Below are positions 12,305-23,898 of a DNA stretch of 64,000 nucleotides, piece after piece. The stretch lies in the NCBI GenBank assembly GCA_025558095.1, contig JAIVFI010000024.1, positions 1-64,000 of the forward strand, given 5' to 3'. The position numbers were made by a program, and so were the translations under genes. The DNA is from Hyaloraphidium curvatum SAG 235-1 (lineage: Eukaryota > Fungi > Monoblepharomycota). Each line of letters opens with the position of its first letter. Within the stretch, counting starts at the first letter, position 1. The notes below the pieces were generated by a model. The model saw nothing but the letters and a program-made list of their open reading frames with translations, was not told the DNA's origin and made no database searches.

Positions 12305-13219
12305 CTAGACCGAGTCCCGGAGCCGCTCGATGGCCGCATTGGACAGGCCGAGCTTCTCGCCCAGCGCCGCCAGCTTCTCGCGCCGCAGGTCCGCGGGGGC
12401 TAGGGGAGGGTAGCCGGCCACGATGTTCGGGCGCTTGTAAAAGCGCAGGTAATGGTCCAGCTCCTCGTCGTCCAAGGCGACGATATCTTCGAAAAGTTCC
12501 AGAGGTGGCAGGCCCTCCTGAGGGGGGGCACGGATCACTTAAAACACAGTCATCGGCAAAAGCGGGGAACCCACGTCCGTCGGCCGCTTGCCATCGGCGT
12601 TTGCGATTTCCTTGAGCAAGCGGGTTGCCGTCCCCGCCCTGTCGTGGCTGTTCATCTCGTACGCGAACATGCCGCCCAGGGTGCGCACCGAGTCGGTGAC
12701 CGTGGTCATGAGCGCTTCCAGATTCGTGAACCGAGACATGACTGTGCTCTCCAAGCCCGTGAAGTGGGCTGAGGCGTGGCCGGAGGAGGTGTCGACCCGG
12801 GCCGCCAGGGACTCGAGCTGCCCTCCGAGGTCTTGCCCGACCTGCTCAATCCTTCGCACGGAGGGAGGCACTGCACGACCTCGAGTCAGGTTGCTGCGGG
12901 CCTTTCACAGCCCGGCGGAGAGGACCCACCGAATCCCTGGCCTTGCGCGACCTCCTGCTCGTGGACGTTGAGCGTGGCCATGACGAGGCCAAGCTCTTCG
13001 TGCTGCTCCGTGCCCGTTGCCACTGAGCAAAAGAATCATTTCGGCCACGGCGCCATGTGTTCGAATGGGGCCCGACGCACTGTTGGCCGCGACGGCCTTC
13101 GCCACGTGTTCCGCCTCGGCTCCAAGCTCGGCGGCCGTGGCGGGGTCCGAGACGGCTGCGGGACGCGGCAATTGTTCGGGTCCGTACCGCGGGAGTCGGC
13201 GGAAGTTGGCCGTAAGCAT
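12305..13219 (-). CDS. Mug135/DUF1773-like protein, paralog A (4 exons)
   Basis: MLTANFRRLPR..DPATAAELGAEAEH / EQHEELGL / coiled-coil-like exon ending IANADGKRPTD / LPPLELFEDIVALDDEELDHYLRFY..REKLAALGEKLGL..RLRDSV*; intron positions shared with paralogs. Confidence 0.7.
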
Positions 13220-13401
13220 TTCGGGGCGAGAAAAGACGCAAAGGACGGGGATCGTGATGGGGATGTTTGTTGGCTGCGGCCGCTGAGGTGGCGGTAAAGA
13301 AAAAAACCCAGACTGTGCACGTCGGAAATGCGCTTACGACTGCAACGGCGGCGCGCCCTCCGATCAAACCAACATTCCGTGCCGCGGACGACATCCATCA
13401 T

Positions 13402-13463
13402 CGATGCGTCAGCCCGCGTCCTTCCCTACCGGGATTCACCGTCCTCTGTCCGAGAAGCCACCT
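13402..13463. repeat. Conserved ~60 bp non-coding motif, copy 1
   Basis: CGATGCGTCAGCCCGCGTCCTTCCCTACCGGGATTCACC..GAGAAGCCAC, ~185 bp upstream of paralog A ATG. Confidence 0.75.
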
Positions 13464-13657
13464 GATGGGGCTCGCGAGCGCTGCCCGGCCCGAGCACGTG
13501 AACAGATGGATGCTCTCTTCTATGGTCAATGCATCATAGGAATGGCCCCTTGGATGCCCGCGGTCCTTGCCGGTGCGGGACCGGCCCCGAACTCCGCTCG
13601 CGCCCGCGGCTTTTCCCCGCCCGGCCCCGTCCATCTGGTCCGGTGCCCACAGCCGCA

Positions 13658-14759
13658 TCACGCATCCCCGTCCCCATGTTCGTCCCTCCCCGCTCCGTCT
13701 CCGTCGCGATCGGCTTCCCCGCGCTCTCCGGCTTGTGCAGGGGCTTCTGCATCCGCCGCGTCACCGCTCCCGCCCTCCCCGCGGTCGCCGTCCTTGACCT
13801 CCTCATAGCGCTCGGCCCTCGGAGGCATCCTTCCCGGCAGCTCCCTCATCCCGTCGGTCAGCTCGGCGATCCGCTGGCGCTCGGCTTCCTCGTCCGTCGG
13901 CACGGGCGCCCAGGAAGACCAGGGGTTCTCGTAACTCGGCACTTCGGGCTTCGGAACCGGCCTTCCGAGATTGGCGGCCGCCGGCTCGATGCTCCCCATT
14001 GACAACCCCATCCCCTGCGCCCCGCTCCCCCCGGCCGGCTTCCGCACCGGTCCCCCGAGATCGGCTGCCGCCGGCCCGATCCTCCCCGCCGCTCGCGTCC
14101 CGATCCCCTCCCCGCGCTGCAAGGCGAGGCGGTGCTGCTCCAACGCCCACTTAGGGGGTTTGGGCCTCGCGGGGTCGAACCCGGGCGGCGGGGGCGGCCT
14201 CCGGCGCCGGGGATCTCTAGGGGGCTATGCGTTCCCGCAGGGGAGCGTTCCCCCGGGCGGCGACGTCGTTGTTGGCGGGCCCGTGCATGCGGGCGAGCGG
14301 GTGGGGCTTGGGCTTGCGGTGGAGGCGTTCGGGGTGCGGGTTGGGTGCGTTTCCCGCGGCGGGGTCGTCGAACTCGAACGGGGCGGGGGAAAAGGGCGCG
14401 GGGCCGTTGCGCGGGGCGATCGGCGGCGTGTCCGTGGCGGGGTTGAAGGGGCGGCGGGGCGGGCGCGCGAGGTGCGGCTTCGGGGCGTTGCCGTTTCCGA
14501 GGGGGAAGTCCGGCCGCTGCGCGAGGAGGGCCGCGAACTGAGACGCGGGGCGGGCGCGGGCGGGGGCGTCGGTTTCGGCGGCGCGGGTTTGCTCGGGCGC
14601 GGTAGGCGGGGCGGCGGCGGGCGCGGGCGCCGGCGGGGCGGGCGGCGCGGGCTGGGCGGAGGGCGCCAGCGTGCCTGCGGCCGAGGGCGTGTCGCCGAGA
14701 CGCAGGTCCGGCAGGAACTCCCTGTTGGTCTTCTCCGGCGAGGCGCGGGGCGTATCCAT
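13658..14759 (-). CDS. Pro-rich hypothetical protein with an apparent 1-nt frameshift at ~14220
   Basis: ORF MDTPRASPEK..ERIAP* continues in a shifted frame as PRDPRRRR..WALEQHRL..; internal repeat IGPAAADLGGPVRKP / IEPAAANLGRPVPKP. Confidence 0.45.
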
Positions 14760-14834
14760 CTTCGCGCGCGGTCGTGGGTGGGTTGGTGGGAAAGTCGTGG
14801 CCCGATCCGATCTCGATGACTCGACGGCACTGCC

Positions 14835-14985
14835 GGCCTTCCTCCGCGACCTCCCGCTTACATCCACCCGCAGCTGAGGTCCGGGGTCACGGTCTTGGAC
14901 GTGCAGCCGCTCACTGCAGCTGCGGGAGGAGGTGGCACGGGATCGAGAGGGAGGAGAGGCGAGGGCGAAGCTATGGATGCATCAA
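14835..14985 (+). repeat. Degenerate acyl-CoA ligase 3' tail (copy B)
   Basis: ggccttcctccgcgacc..cccgcttacatcc..cgcagctg..cagctgcgggaggaggtggc..ggcgaagcta matches the ligase tail. Confidence 0.75.
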
Positions 14986-15846
14986 TTTGAAAGAAGGTTG
15001 CGTACAAGCACTAGCGCCTTCCACTCGACCGAGTCGCGCAGCCGCTGGATCACTGCGTCGGACAGGCCGAGGACGTCGCCAAGCGCCTCAAGCTTGTCGC
15101 GCATCACGTCCTCCGGCGAGACAGGGGCACCGGTCGGGTTCGGCGGGTGGTACTGGCCGCCGAGGTAAAAGTGAAGATAACGGTCGAGTTCTTGGCGGGT
15201 GAGGTTGGTGATGTCGGTGACCAGATGAAGCGCACGAAGCCCGACCTAGGCGGAAAAGCAAGTCAGGCCGACGACGGCATCCCCGCACGGAGCCCGCGCT
15301 CACGTTGGTCGGAAGCCGGCCCATGCGGTCGGGGACAATGCGAAACGGTCTCGTGAGGGTTCCGCGGGCATAGTTGTTGGAGATCTTGCGGCCCTGCTCG
15401 GCCAGCTCGGCGCGGAGGGGTGCCAGCTGTGCTTGCAGCTTCTCGTCCACGACCTCGCCGAAGCGCTCCGTAAGCCTTGCCATAAAAGGGAGCTCTGGTG
15501 GGCTTAGAATGAGTCCGCTTCTGAGCCACCCGCGGCGGACGAGGTCCACCTTGGCCGCGGGATTCGACGTCCTCCAACACATGCAGGCCGACAGTCTCCA
15601 CGCCGAGACCCAAAGCCTCGACAGCTGTGTCCCTGCCGAGCGCTCCTATGGAGACAGAAACGGAATCAGAGGCGGTGTCTGACGTCCAGAAAGGTGCGCA
15701 AACGCACGGTTGAGGTCCATGGCCTTGGACAGGTGGTCGGCTTCCCTCCCGACGTCGGCGGTCGTTGCGGGGTCCGACGAAGCGGGCGGCCGAGGCAACA
15801 CGGACGGCGCCAAGTGAGGGATTTCGCGAGGGGTTGCGCTCAGCAT
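14982..15846 (-). CDS. Mug135/DUF1773-like protein, paralog B (4 exons)
   Basis: MLSATPREIPH..DPATTADVGREADH / .. / LQAQLAPLRAELAEQGRKISN..IVPDRMGRLPTN / LHLVTDITNLTRQELDRYLHFY..RDKLEALGDVLGLSDAVIQRLRDSV followed by the extension EWKALVLVRNLLSN*. Confidence 0.7.
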
Positions 15847-16029
15847 TTCAGGGCAGGAAAAAGACGAAAGGGACGGGGGATGTGATGGGAGTGATTTTGG
15901 GCTGCGGTCAGGTGGCGACGGTGAAAGCGCAAAACGGCCACGTGTGCGCGAGCGCGATGCGATTCCGACTGCAGTGTCGGCCTCACCTCCGATCTCAACC
16001 AACACTCACTACAGCTGATGATCCGTCGT

Positions 16030-16090
16030 CAATCCGGCTGCCCGCGTCCTTCTTGACTCGGGGTTCGCCGGCGTTCGGAGAAGCCACCTC
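16030..16090. repeat. Conserved ~60 bp non-coding motif, copy 2
   Basis: ATCCGGCTGCCCGCGTCCTTCTTGACTCGGGGTTCGCC..GGAGAAGCCAC, ~185 bp upstream of paralog B ATG. Confidence 0.7.
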
Positions 16091-16287
16091 GGCTGCCCGG
16101 CCGAGCTCACGCAAAGACGCTCTTCTCCGGCTGAGTGAGGGGCGTGGCGGACGGGCCCTGCACCGGGATCGGGCGGCGGCGAAAAAGGAAGGCCGAAAGG
16201 CGATCTTTGTTTGAACAGCTGCAAGTGAACACGATCTCGACATCCCAAAGCGCCCACCTCGCCGGTCCAGCGCCCGCCAACGCGCCT

Positions 16288-17218
16288 TCAAAGCAACCAC
16301 GGGTCCCCCGTCGCCCTCACGGTAACGTCCCTGATCGACACCCCCCACGGCTGGTCGATGGCCGACATGATGGCGTCGGCGATGTACTCGGGCGCCAGCC
16401 CGAAGTACCGCGGGTCGTCGGGATCGTCCAGCCCCTCGCCCAGCGGCTTGCCCTCGGCCCTCGCCTGGGCAAACGCCGCGTACTCGGGCAGTTTGTACCC
16501 CAGGATCCCCACCACGGCGTCCATGTTGACCACCGCGGAGCCCAGGTTGGTCCCGGGGACGCCGGTGGGGCGGACGATGGTGGTCTTGATCTTGCCCTGG
16601 GCCTCGATGCGGAGCGTGTCGGTCAGGAAGTTGACGGCGGATTTGGTGGCGGAGTAGACGGCCGAGCCCGCGACGGGGTAGTTGCTGGAAGGCGGGGGGA
16701 ACCAGGTGGGACGATGGCGGACGACGGTGAGAGGACGACCGGAGGCCGAGCCGCAAAAGAGCCCACCCGTAGATGCTTGAGAGGTTGATGATGTGCCCCC
16801 GCCCCTGCTTGATCATCTGGTCGTACACGGCCACCATGCCGTGGAGCACCCCTTTGAAGTTGATGTCGATGCAGCGCGACCACGCGTCCATGGCCTTCTC
16901 GTGGTCGGCAAAGAACGCCAGCGGCATCGTCCCCGCGTTGTTGACCATCACGTCCACCGCGCCGTACTTTTCCACCGCCGCGGCGACCGCGGACTTGAAC
17001 TCGGCGAGGTTGGTCACGTCGACCTTCTTCGCGAGGATGTCGCCGCCGGCCGCGGTGACGGCGTCGGCGGTGGCCTTGAGCCATTCCTCGTTGACGTCCA
17101 TCGCGAGGACTTTGGCGCCCCGGGCGGCGGCCTTGACGGAGACGAGCTTTCCAAATCCGGAGCCTGCCCCCGTAATCGCGATGACCTTGCCTTTGACGTG
17201 GTCGGGCGCGGAAGACAT
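16288..17218 (-). CDS. Classical short-chain dehydrogenase/reductase (bacterial YdfG-like type), one intron
   Basis: TGAGSGFG, NNAG, SSIYG|NYPVAGSAVYSATK (YxxxK); intron ~16687-16767. Confidence 0.9.
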
Positions 17219-17682
17219 CGCGTGAAGAGGAAATAGAAGAAGGACGCGAAGACAGACGCGATTGAGGGGCACGGAGTGGCCGGACGGTGGTTTGGGAGAC
17301 GGGAGACGGACGCTGGTGGCCAAGCGCGGGTCCAGTCAAGCCGTGCCCCAAGCTCAAACCCAAGCTGGGCCTTGCCGAAGCGCTGGATGATTGTGTGCGG
17401 AAGATGAACATGTCGGGATTTCATCGTGTTGTGCGTCGTGGGACGGGATTCGTCCCTGATCGCACATGCAGTCGCCCGAAGGCCGTCCGGTTCTAGTTCC
17501 GCCCGTTGCGGCACGAATCGCGGGCATCATCTCGTCCATGTAAAGCAAACAGAGCGAAGTGAAGCTGATTTGTATTACATGGCTCGTGGGGTGTGATCCA
17601 TCCGAACAGCGGGTGATGTGAGATCGCTCTCGATGAATCGACTCACCCATCACCGCCTCTTCTCGCCCGCAACTCGCCAACC

Positions 17683-18552
17683 ATGACGACCGACGAATTC
17701 GCGTCCCTTTCCCGGGCCGCGCTCGCCGAACCCCCTCCGACCCCGCGCCCCGCGGAGCCGGCCGGGGGAGCGCCCAAGGCGGACAACGCCGGCGCCGCGC
17801 CCCCGTCGGAAGCCCCCCGCTCGCCCGCCGAAGCTCCGTCGCCGTCGGCAGCCGCAAGGGTCGGAAGCGCTCCCATCAAGGCCGGGGACGGCGGCGGCGG
17901 CGGAGGGGACGGCCGAGCGAGCCCGCTCGGGACCGCCACGTCGGCGCCGCAGCTCGTCGCTCGCACCGTGCCGGGAGCCAACAAGGAAGTCCTCAAGTCG
18001 GGAGGGAACGAGGAATCGAAGGCCGTGAAGGCGCTGTTCTGGATCTTCGGGTGGGCATTATTGGCGGCGTCTCCTTGCTATGACGATGCCGACGCCACCG
18101 ATCCCCCAGGACGCTCGGGATGCTCGTCGTCATGGGACAGGTTTCCGGGAGGTTCGGGTACCAGTTCGTCGCCACTTTCCGCAGGAAGGTGGGCCGGGGA
18201 TCGCCTCTGGGCCGGGGCAGGGGCGCTGACCCAGCCGCTCCGCTCCAGCTGTGGGGGGGCGGGTTCGAGATCGCTTTCGGCATCCACAAGAAGGTACGAC
18301 GTCGCACGAGCAGCGCGTTCGGAAGGTGGCCGCTGATCGACCGCCCAACTACCCCGGCCCGGCAAGACGCCCCCCGGCGCGCTCGCGTCCCTCCTCTACT
18401 CGATCCACTCCTCCCTCCCGCCGCCGGAGATGGTGTGGGACCTCCTGCTTTTCCCGCTCATGGGCTTGATCGCGGTGATGGTGTTCGGTGGCGCGGTGTT
18501 TTTCTGCGTGTCTGTCTACGACGAGTGCGCGGCGCGCGGGCGGCGCAAGTGA
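17683..18552 (+). CDS. Hypothetical membrane protein, multi-exon
   Basis: Low-complexity N-terminus; hydrophobic segments ALFWIFGTLGMLVVMG and LLLFPLMGLIAVMVFGGAVFFCVSVY; ends ARGRRK*. Confidence 0.55.
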
Positions 18553-18685
18553 GGGGTGCGGCGGGAGCGGAATGGAGCGGGACAAAGGCGGTGGCAAAAG
18601 TGTGGTGTAAATCGGCACAAGGACGTCACGCGTTGCGTTGTTCGCGGTGCGGTGCCGTCTTTTCCCGACTCCGGGAGGGCGAGGG

Positions 18686-18748
18686 GGCTTCTCCTGACCG
18701 GCGGCTGGCGAATCCCGGTTGGGAAGGACGCAGGCTGCCGCATCGAAG
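18686..18748. repeat. Conserved ~60 bp non-coding motif, copy 3 (inverted)
   Basis: Reverse complement reads CGATGCGGCAGCCTGCGTCCTTCCCAACCGGGATTCGCC..GGAGAAGCCCC. Confidence 0.75.
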
Positions 18749-18769
18749 GCGGAATGTACGCAGCCCGGC

Positions 18770-19573
18770 GGCTCGGCGGCCGAGATCGGAGCCGACGCCA
18801 CACACGTGGTCAAGCAAGGCCGTCTCCCGCCAACAGTACGTCAGACCCTTTCCGACGTCGGACATGGTTGCCGAATGATTCTTCGGCTTAGTGGCCGCGA
18901 GCACGGAACAGCACGAAGAGCTCGGCCTCACCATGGAAACGCTCCACGTGAACTCTGCGGAGGCCGCGGAAGGCTGGGGACACGGTGGGCCGTCCCCGCT
19001 TCGGACAGCCCGCGGTGCGGCTGACCGGGCTCTACACAGTGCCTGCTTCTGCGCGGAGGATCCTGGAGATGCTGGAGAACATCTCGGCGCGGCTCGGAAC
19101 CGGCGAGACCGACATCGCCGGCCACGCCATCGATATCTCCTCGCAGATCAGGGAACTGCACGACAGCGTCGAGGTGCTCAACGGCATTGCATCGTCCAAC
19201 TCTGCACGGCTCGCTTTCTTGATGTACAAGTGCGCCGACGGCACATCGCTCAGCCCCCTCCATATCGTCGACAACGACTTTGGGAGGCTTCCCATACAAG
19301 TGGGACACCGGCACGGGCTAGCTGTGCTTCGAATGACCGGCGCCCCTCGCAGGACAACCTACGCCCCCTCTTCCTTCTTCAAGACATCGTCGGTCTCGAT
19401 GACGGGGAACTGGACGACTACCTGCGGTTCTACTTGGGGCAGAGGCAGCCTCCCAACCTCGCCGATGCCGTTGCCCTCCCCCCGCGGACCTGCGTCGCGA
19501 GAAGCTGGCCGCGCTCGGATCCGCCATCGGCCCCTCCGATGCTCTGATCCAGCGGCTCCGGGACTCGGTCTAG
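18770..19573 (+). pseudogene. Mug135/DUF1773-like paralog C, 5'-truncated and frameshifted
   Basis: AAEIGADATH / EQHEELGL / ..IVDNDFGRLPIQ / DIVGLDDGELDDYLRFY; a 1-nt deletion in the C-run at ~19480 shifts off ADLRREKLAALG..RLRDSV*; the start of exon 1 is missing and exon 1 has indels. Confidence 0.7.
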
Positions 19574-19605
19574 CCTATCCCATCGCTTGTACCTTTTGAA
19601 ATCTG

Positions 19606-19770
19606 ATGCATCGATTTGATCTCCTTACAGCTTCGCCTTCAGCTTCCGATCCCGCTCCTCCCTCTCCCACGCCACGTCCTCGCGCAGCTGCCGCTTGAGC
19701 TGCTTCTCGCTCGCCGTCGCGACCACCGGCTCGAGCTGCGTGCGGATGCACGAAAGGGCACCTCGAAGCC
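19606..19770 (-). repeat. Acyl-CoA ligase 3' tail (copy C), a direct repeat of 21462-21620
   Basis: Encodes IRTQLEPVVATASEKQLKRQLREDVA..DRKLKAKL*, plus shared 3' flank gcatcgat. Confidence 0.9.
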
Positions 19771-19867
19771 CGCGAGCCGCTTTGCGTGGGATGGTGCGGA
19801 AACCCGGAAGGGTTTCTAATCGCTCCCACGTCGCTGGCCTCCCGAAACACCGTTGCTCGGATGCTAA

Positions 19868-21264
19868 CTAGCTCTGGATGACTACCCATTCCTGCAGCAC
19901 GATCAACGACCGAGGCTGCGGAAACTAACCTCGACGAATCCGACCAAGAATTCTCCCGGATCACGGCAAGGCATGGTGCGCCTCACCACCTCGCGAACCC
20001 CCACGCACATCCCGGGACGCCTCAGCCCGACCAGGAGTTCAGCTGGCCGGATCGATCGCCTCAGCCAGATCCATGTCCACCGAGTCGCCCGGTTCGGGAA
20101 AAGCAGAGCAGCGCGCCATTTTGCCGGCGATCGAGGCTAGGCAGTCTTGGAACATCGCGTCAGAGAGAGGGAGGCGCAAGCGACGCCCCCCGAGACAAAC
20201 CCCCCGGTTCGACGTGGAAAGGTCGCATCGAGGTCCACAACTCGATGGTAAGGCATCCGACTGCCCAAATGTCGACGGCAGGCCCAGCTCTACCGAGGCT
20301 GAGGAGCAGTTCGGGGGGAAAGTAGCTCAAGGTCCAGAGCGGCTGCCCAGCGCGTTGACGAACTGAAGCAGGGAGGGCTCCGTGCGACCCACGTCGTTCA
20401 TCATCAGTGTCGAGACGAAGCTCGGCGGCGCAAGTGCCCTGTCCAGATCGCTAATCTTGAACCGATTGGGGGCGACTTCGAGAAGCGTGCTGCGGCGGCT
20501 GCCGCGGTGAGCCCATAGCCCCTTTTGGCGCCCGATCAGGTATGAACCCACAAGGGCGAGATACGACCATGCAAAATGGAGTTCTGGTGGAGATAATCGA
20601 GACCCACCAACAGCTGCACGAGGATGATCTGGTGTTGGGAAAGCACGGTGAGAGAGGCGCTCCCCGGCTGCAACGTCCGGTTCTCACCCTGATCGTCTCC
20701 GCAGACACCAGCTCTCCGCTCCGAATCCGATCCGCTAGGCTTCGTTCAAAAGGCTCAAACACGGCGAGCAGGTCCGCCCCCTCCACGAGCAAAATGTCGG
20801 GCCGGGGCACGTTGTCCGGGAAGAGGTACGCGAGGACAGTGAACATCAATGGCAGATCTCCAGACGCGTTCGACACGTCGGTGCATTTCTTCGGGTGGCG
20901 GGCGTAGGCCCGACCGCAACTGTGGGCGGGACCCCTCAGTCATAGCGAGAGAGCGCGGGCGCCACGGAGAACTCGCTGGAGAAAAACAGGATGGCTCCTG
21001 CAGGCAGAGCAAAAGGAACGCGACTTGGCGGTACTGCTCGAAGTCCCTCTCCGCTCCGTGGATCCCAACGCCCCTGATCAACTTGACGGCCTGCATCGCG
21101 CCGGACGCCTTGCTCCCGACCCTCTTCAGCGTCGGGTGCTCCGGTCCAGAGCACGGCTCGTACAGCGTGTTTACGATTCCGACGGCAGTCGTAGCAGCAG
21201 CTCTTTGAGCGGGAGGCAGTTGGGCGATCGAGGGACCCGCGGCGATGGATGCGGCGTCGGCCAT
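19868..21264 (-). CDS. Divergent protein kinase or pseudokinase, multi-exon (3' end uncertain)
   Basis: AVKLIR, QLLVGLDYLHQNSILHG, FKISDLD (DFG position), TLSYFPPELL, DIWAVGC; no canonical HRD/DFG or Gly-rich loop. Confidence 0.6.
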
Positions 21265-21478
21265 TTCGTGACCGCGGCAGAGGTGCGATTCGCAGGTTGC
21301 ACTGGCCGCAGTACTGTGAGGCGCGTCGTGCCGGCCCCGTCGGGAAGAATGTGGACCAGGTCGGATGACGCGTCCGTTTCTCACATTTCCACGCGATCAT
21401 CTTCCCTCGAAGACTTGAACAAGATAATTCGGCAGGCAAAGACAAATGATTGGAGTATTGGGGCATCGATCAGACCTT

Positions 21479-23898
21479 CTACAGCTTCGCCTTCGCTTTC
21501 CGATCTCTCTCCTCCCTCTCCCTCGCCACCTCCTCCCGCAGCTGCCGCTTGAGCTGCTTCCCGCTCGCCGTTGCGACCACCGGCTCCAGCTGCGTGCGGA
21601 TGTACGCGGGCACCTTGAACGCCGCGATGCGGTCGCGGAGGAAGGCCTGCAGGGAGGCCTCGGTCTCGCCCGAACCTGGCTTGAGCCGGACGACGGCCGC
21701 GGGTTCTTCCTGCAGGCGAGGGTGAGGGATGCCAAAGACGCAGGCCTCGACTACGTCGCTGGAACAGGAATCGGTAAAGGTAGTGCGGGACGGGATCGGC
21801 GCGATCGCCTCACGGGTGCTTGTACAGGGCGTTCTCGATTTCAAGGCTGAAGATGTTCTCGCCGCCGCGCTGCGAAAGGCAAAATGAGATCCACACACCG
21901 AAAAAGAGGCAAGGAGTGGCCATACGATGATCATGTCCTTGGAGCGATCGAGGAGGAAGAGGAAGCCGTTTTCGTTGACCCTGCCGACGTCTCCCGTCTT
22001 GTACCACCCGTTGACGAAGCTCTGCCGCCGAAAAGCATGAGAAGTTAAGAGCATGACGCCATTCACAGGCCACCCAACCTCGCGCGTCGCCTTCTCGTTC
22101 CCGACGTACTCCAGCGCCACCCCCGGCCCGCGGATCCAGATCTCCCCGACCTCCCCCACCGCCAGCTCCTTGTCCCCGCTCGCGTCCGTGATCCGGATCT
22201 GCGTGTTGGGCAGCGGGCTCCCCACCGACGCCGGGTGCATCGCCAGCTCCGGCCCCGAGTTGCTCGCCACGCCCGATGCCTCGGTCGCACCGTAGATGTT
22301 GGTCATGTCCACCGCGGGCCCGAGGACGCGGTCGATCTTTGTGCGGAGCTCGGGCGGGACGGCGGCGCCGCCGGAGGAGATGCTGGCGAGGCGGGAGAGC
22401 GCGCCGGATCGCTTGGCTTCGTCCCAGTCGGCGTCGGGCTGTTCGAAGAGCTCGATGGCCTGCGTCGGAACCCTGCGAACAGGAACCCGGGTGAGCTCCC
22501 GTCGTGGAGCTCCACGTCGGCCAACAACCCACAGGTTCATGTTGGTCAGCCTCTGCTCCGGCAGCACCCTCTTCAGCATGAACTGGGCGCTCCACCGGAA
22601 CATCAGGGTGACCGTCGCACCCGACAGGGTCGCCCCAAACAGCGTGAGGATCCCGGAGAGGTGGAACAGCGGCACCGGCACCACGAACTGCGGCCTGGCG
22701 TCGCGCGCCGTCCGGGTGATGTAGAGCGGGCCGGCCGAAGGCTCGGGGAGGGCGAGCTCCTTCCACGCGCGCCGCTTCTCGTCAAGGGTCCAAATTCGAC
22801 CGTCGCCCTTGACCATGCCGCGCTGGATGAGGAGGGAGCGGGCGGCGCGGTTCTTGCCGATCAGGGCGTTGGTGGTCCATGCGCGGTGGGTCTGCGGGAC
22901 AGGAAGTGAGCTCCCGAAGTCAACGCGCTCCAGGAATGTGGAACGGACCTGCATGACGGCCTTGGGAAGGCCGGTGGTGCCGCTGGAAAAGAGGATCTGC
23001 GCTCCGTCGTCTGGCACGATGTTCGCCGGCGGCCACGAGGCATTGGCGGCGGCCGCGGGGAACTTGCTCGGCAGCGCCTCGTACGGGGTCGGGGCGGGCG
23101 TCAGGGAGGGGAGGCGGGAGGAGATGGTGGTCGCGACGGCGCCGGCGGGGAAGGTGGGGAGGAAGATGACTTCGCGGACGGGCCCGCCGTTCTGATGTTG
23201 GGAAGCGATGAGCGTGTGCCCAAAATCTGGCGGCAGACGGTGGTCCCACCTTGGAAAGCAGTGATCCCGGCCGGAACCCCTCGTCCACCTTTGGCCGGAC
23301 CCCGTTGTCGAACAGCCAGAACTCGAGCCTCTCCAATCGCTCCTCGTCCGCAAACAGCACCTCCACGGAGGCCAGCTCCACGCAGTACCGCAGCTCGTTA
23401 CCGACCAGGAACGCGTTCAAGAGAACAGGAATGGCTGGGCGTTTCGAGACGGTCAGGAGGGGCCCTGCTGGAATGGGAGACAGGCCCACCTCCGAGCATG
23501 TGGCACGCCCACCAGACCAGCACCCATTCCAGGGAGTTGCGGGCCGCAATGCCGACGCGCGTCCCCTTCCGAACGCCGTAGCCGTCGTACATCGCGTTGG
23601 CGAGGAACCGGATCGTACTGTTTGCCTCGACGTAGGTGACGGACCTCCGCGGCGCCCCGGCATGGTCGGAAGCCGACACGTTCCCGAAGAACACGAGATA
23701 CTCGCGGTCGTTGTCGGCGTTGGCGAACGCGTCGGCCACCGAGAACCAGATCTCGCGGTAGGAGCTCGGCGCGTTCTTGTAGACGTTGTTCCTGCGCGTC
23801 CCTCCAAAGGTAGGCACGTCCTCGAGGATCTCGAACGGCGAGCCCTCGGCAAAATTCAGCACATCGTGCGCCTCGCCGATTGCCGATTTAGGCGCCAT
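21479..23898 (-). CDS. Acyl-CoA synthetase (AMP-binding), peroxisomal PTS1 -AKL
   Basis: FSSGTTGLPK, VPLFH, YGATE, WYKTGDVG, DRSKDMII, GGENI, AFKVP, TASGK; C-terminal AKL. Confidence 0.92.

Noticed and set aside
12128-12403. 91-aa ORF as an independent gene
   Set aside because: It is the duplicated ligase tail running antisense into paralog A
18686-18748. Hammerhead/HDV ribozyme or tRNA-derived SINE identity for the 60 bp motif
   Set aside because: No conserved CUGANGA/GAAA core and no proper A/B boxes across the copies
11800-21600. Autonomous transposon explaining the repeated cassette
   Set aside because: No transposase, RT, Rep/helicase or integrase motifs, and no clear TIR/TSD; retained introns exclude retroposition
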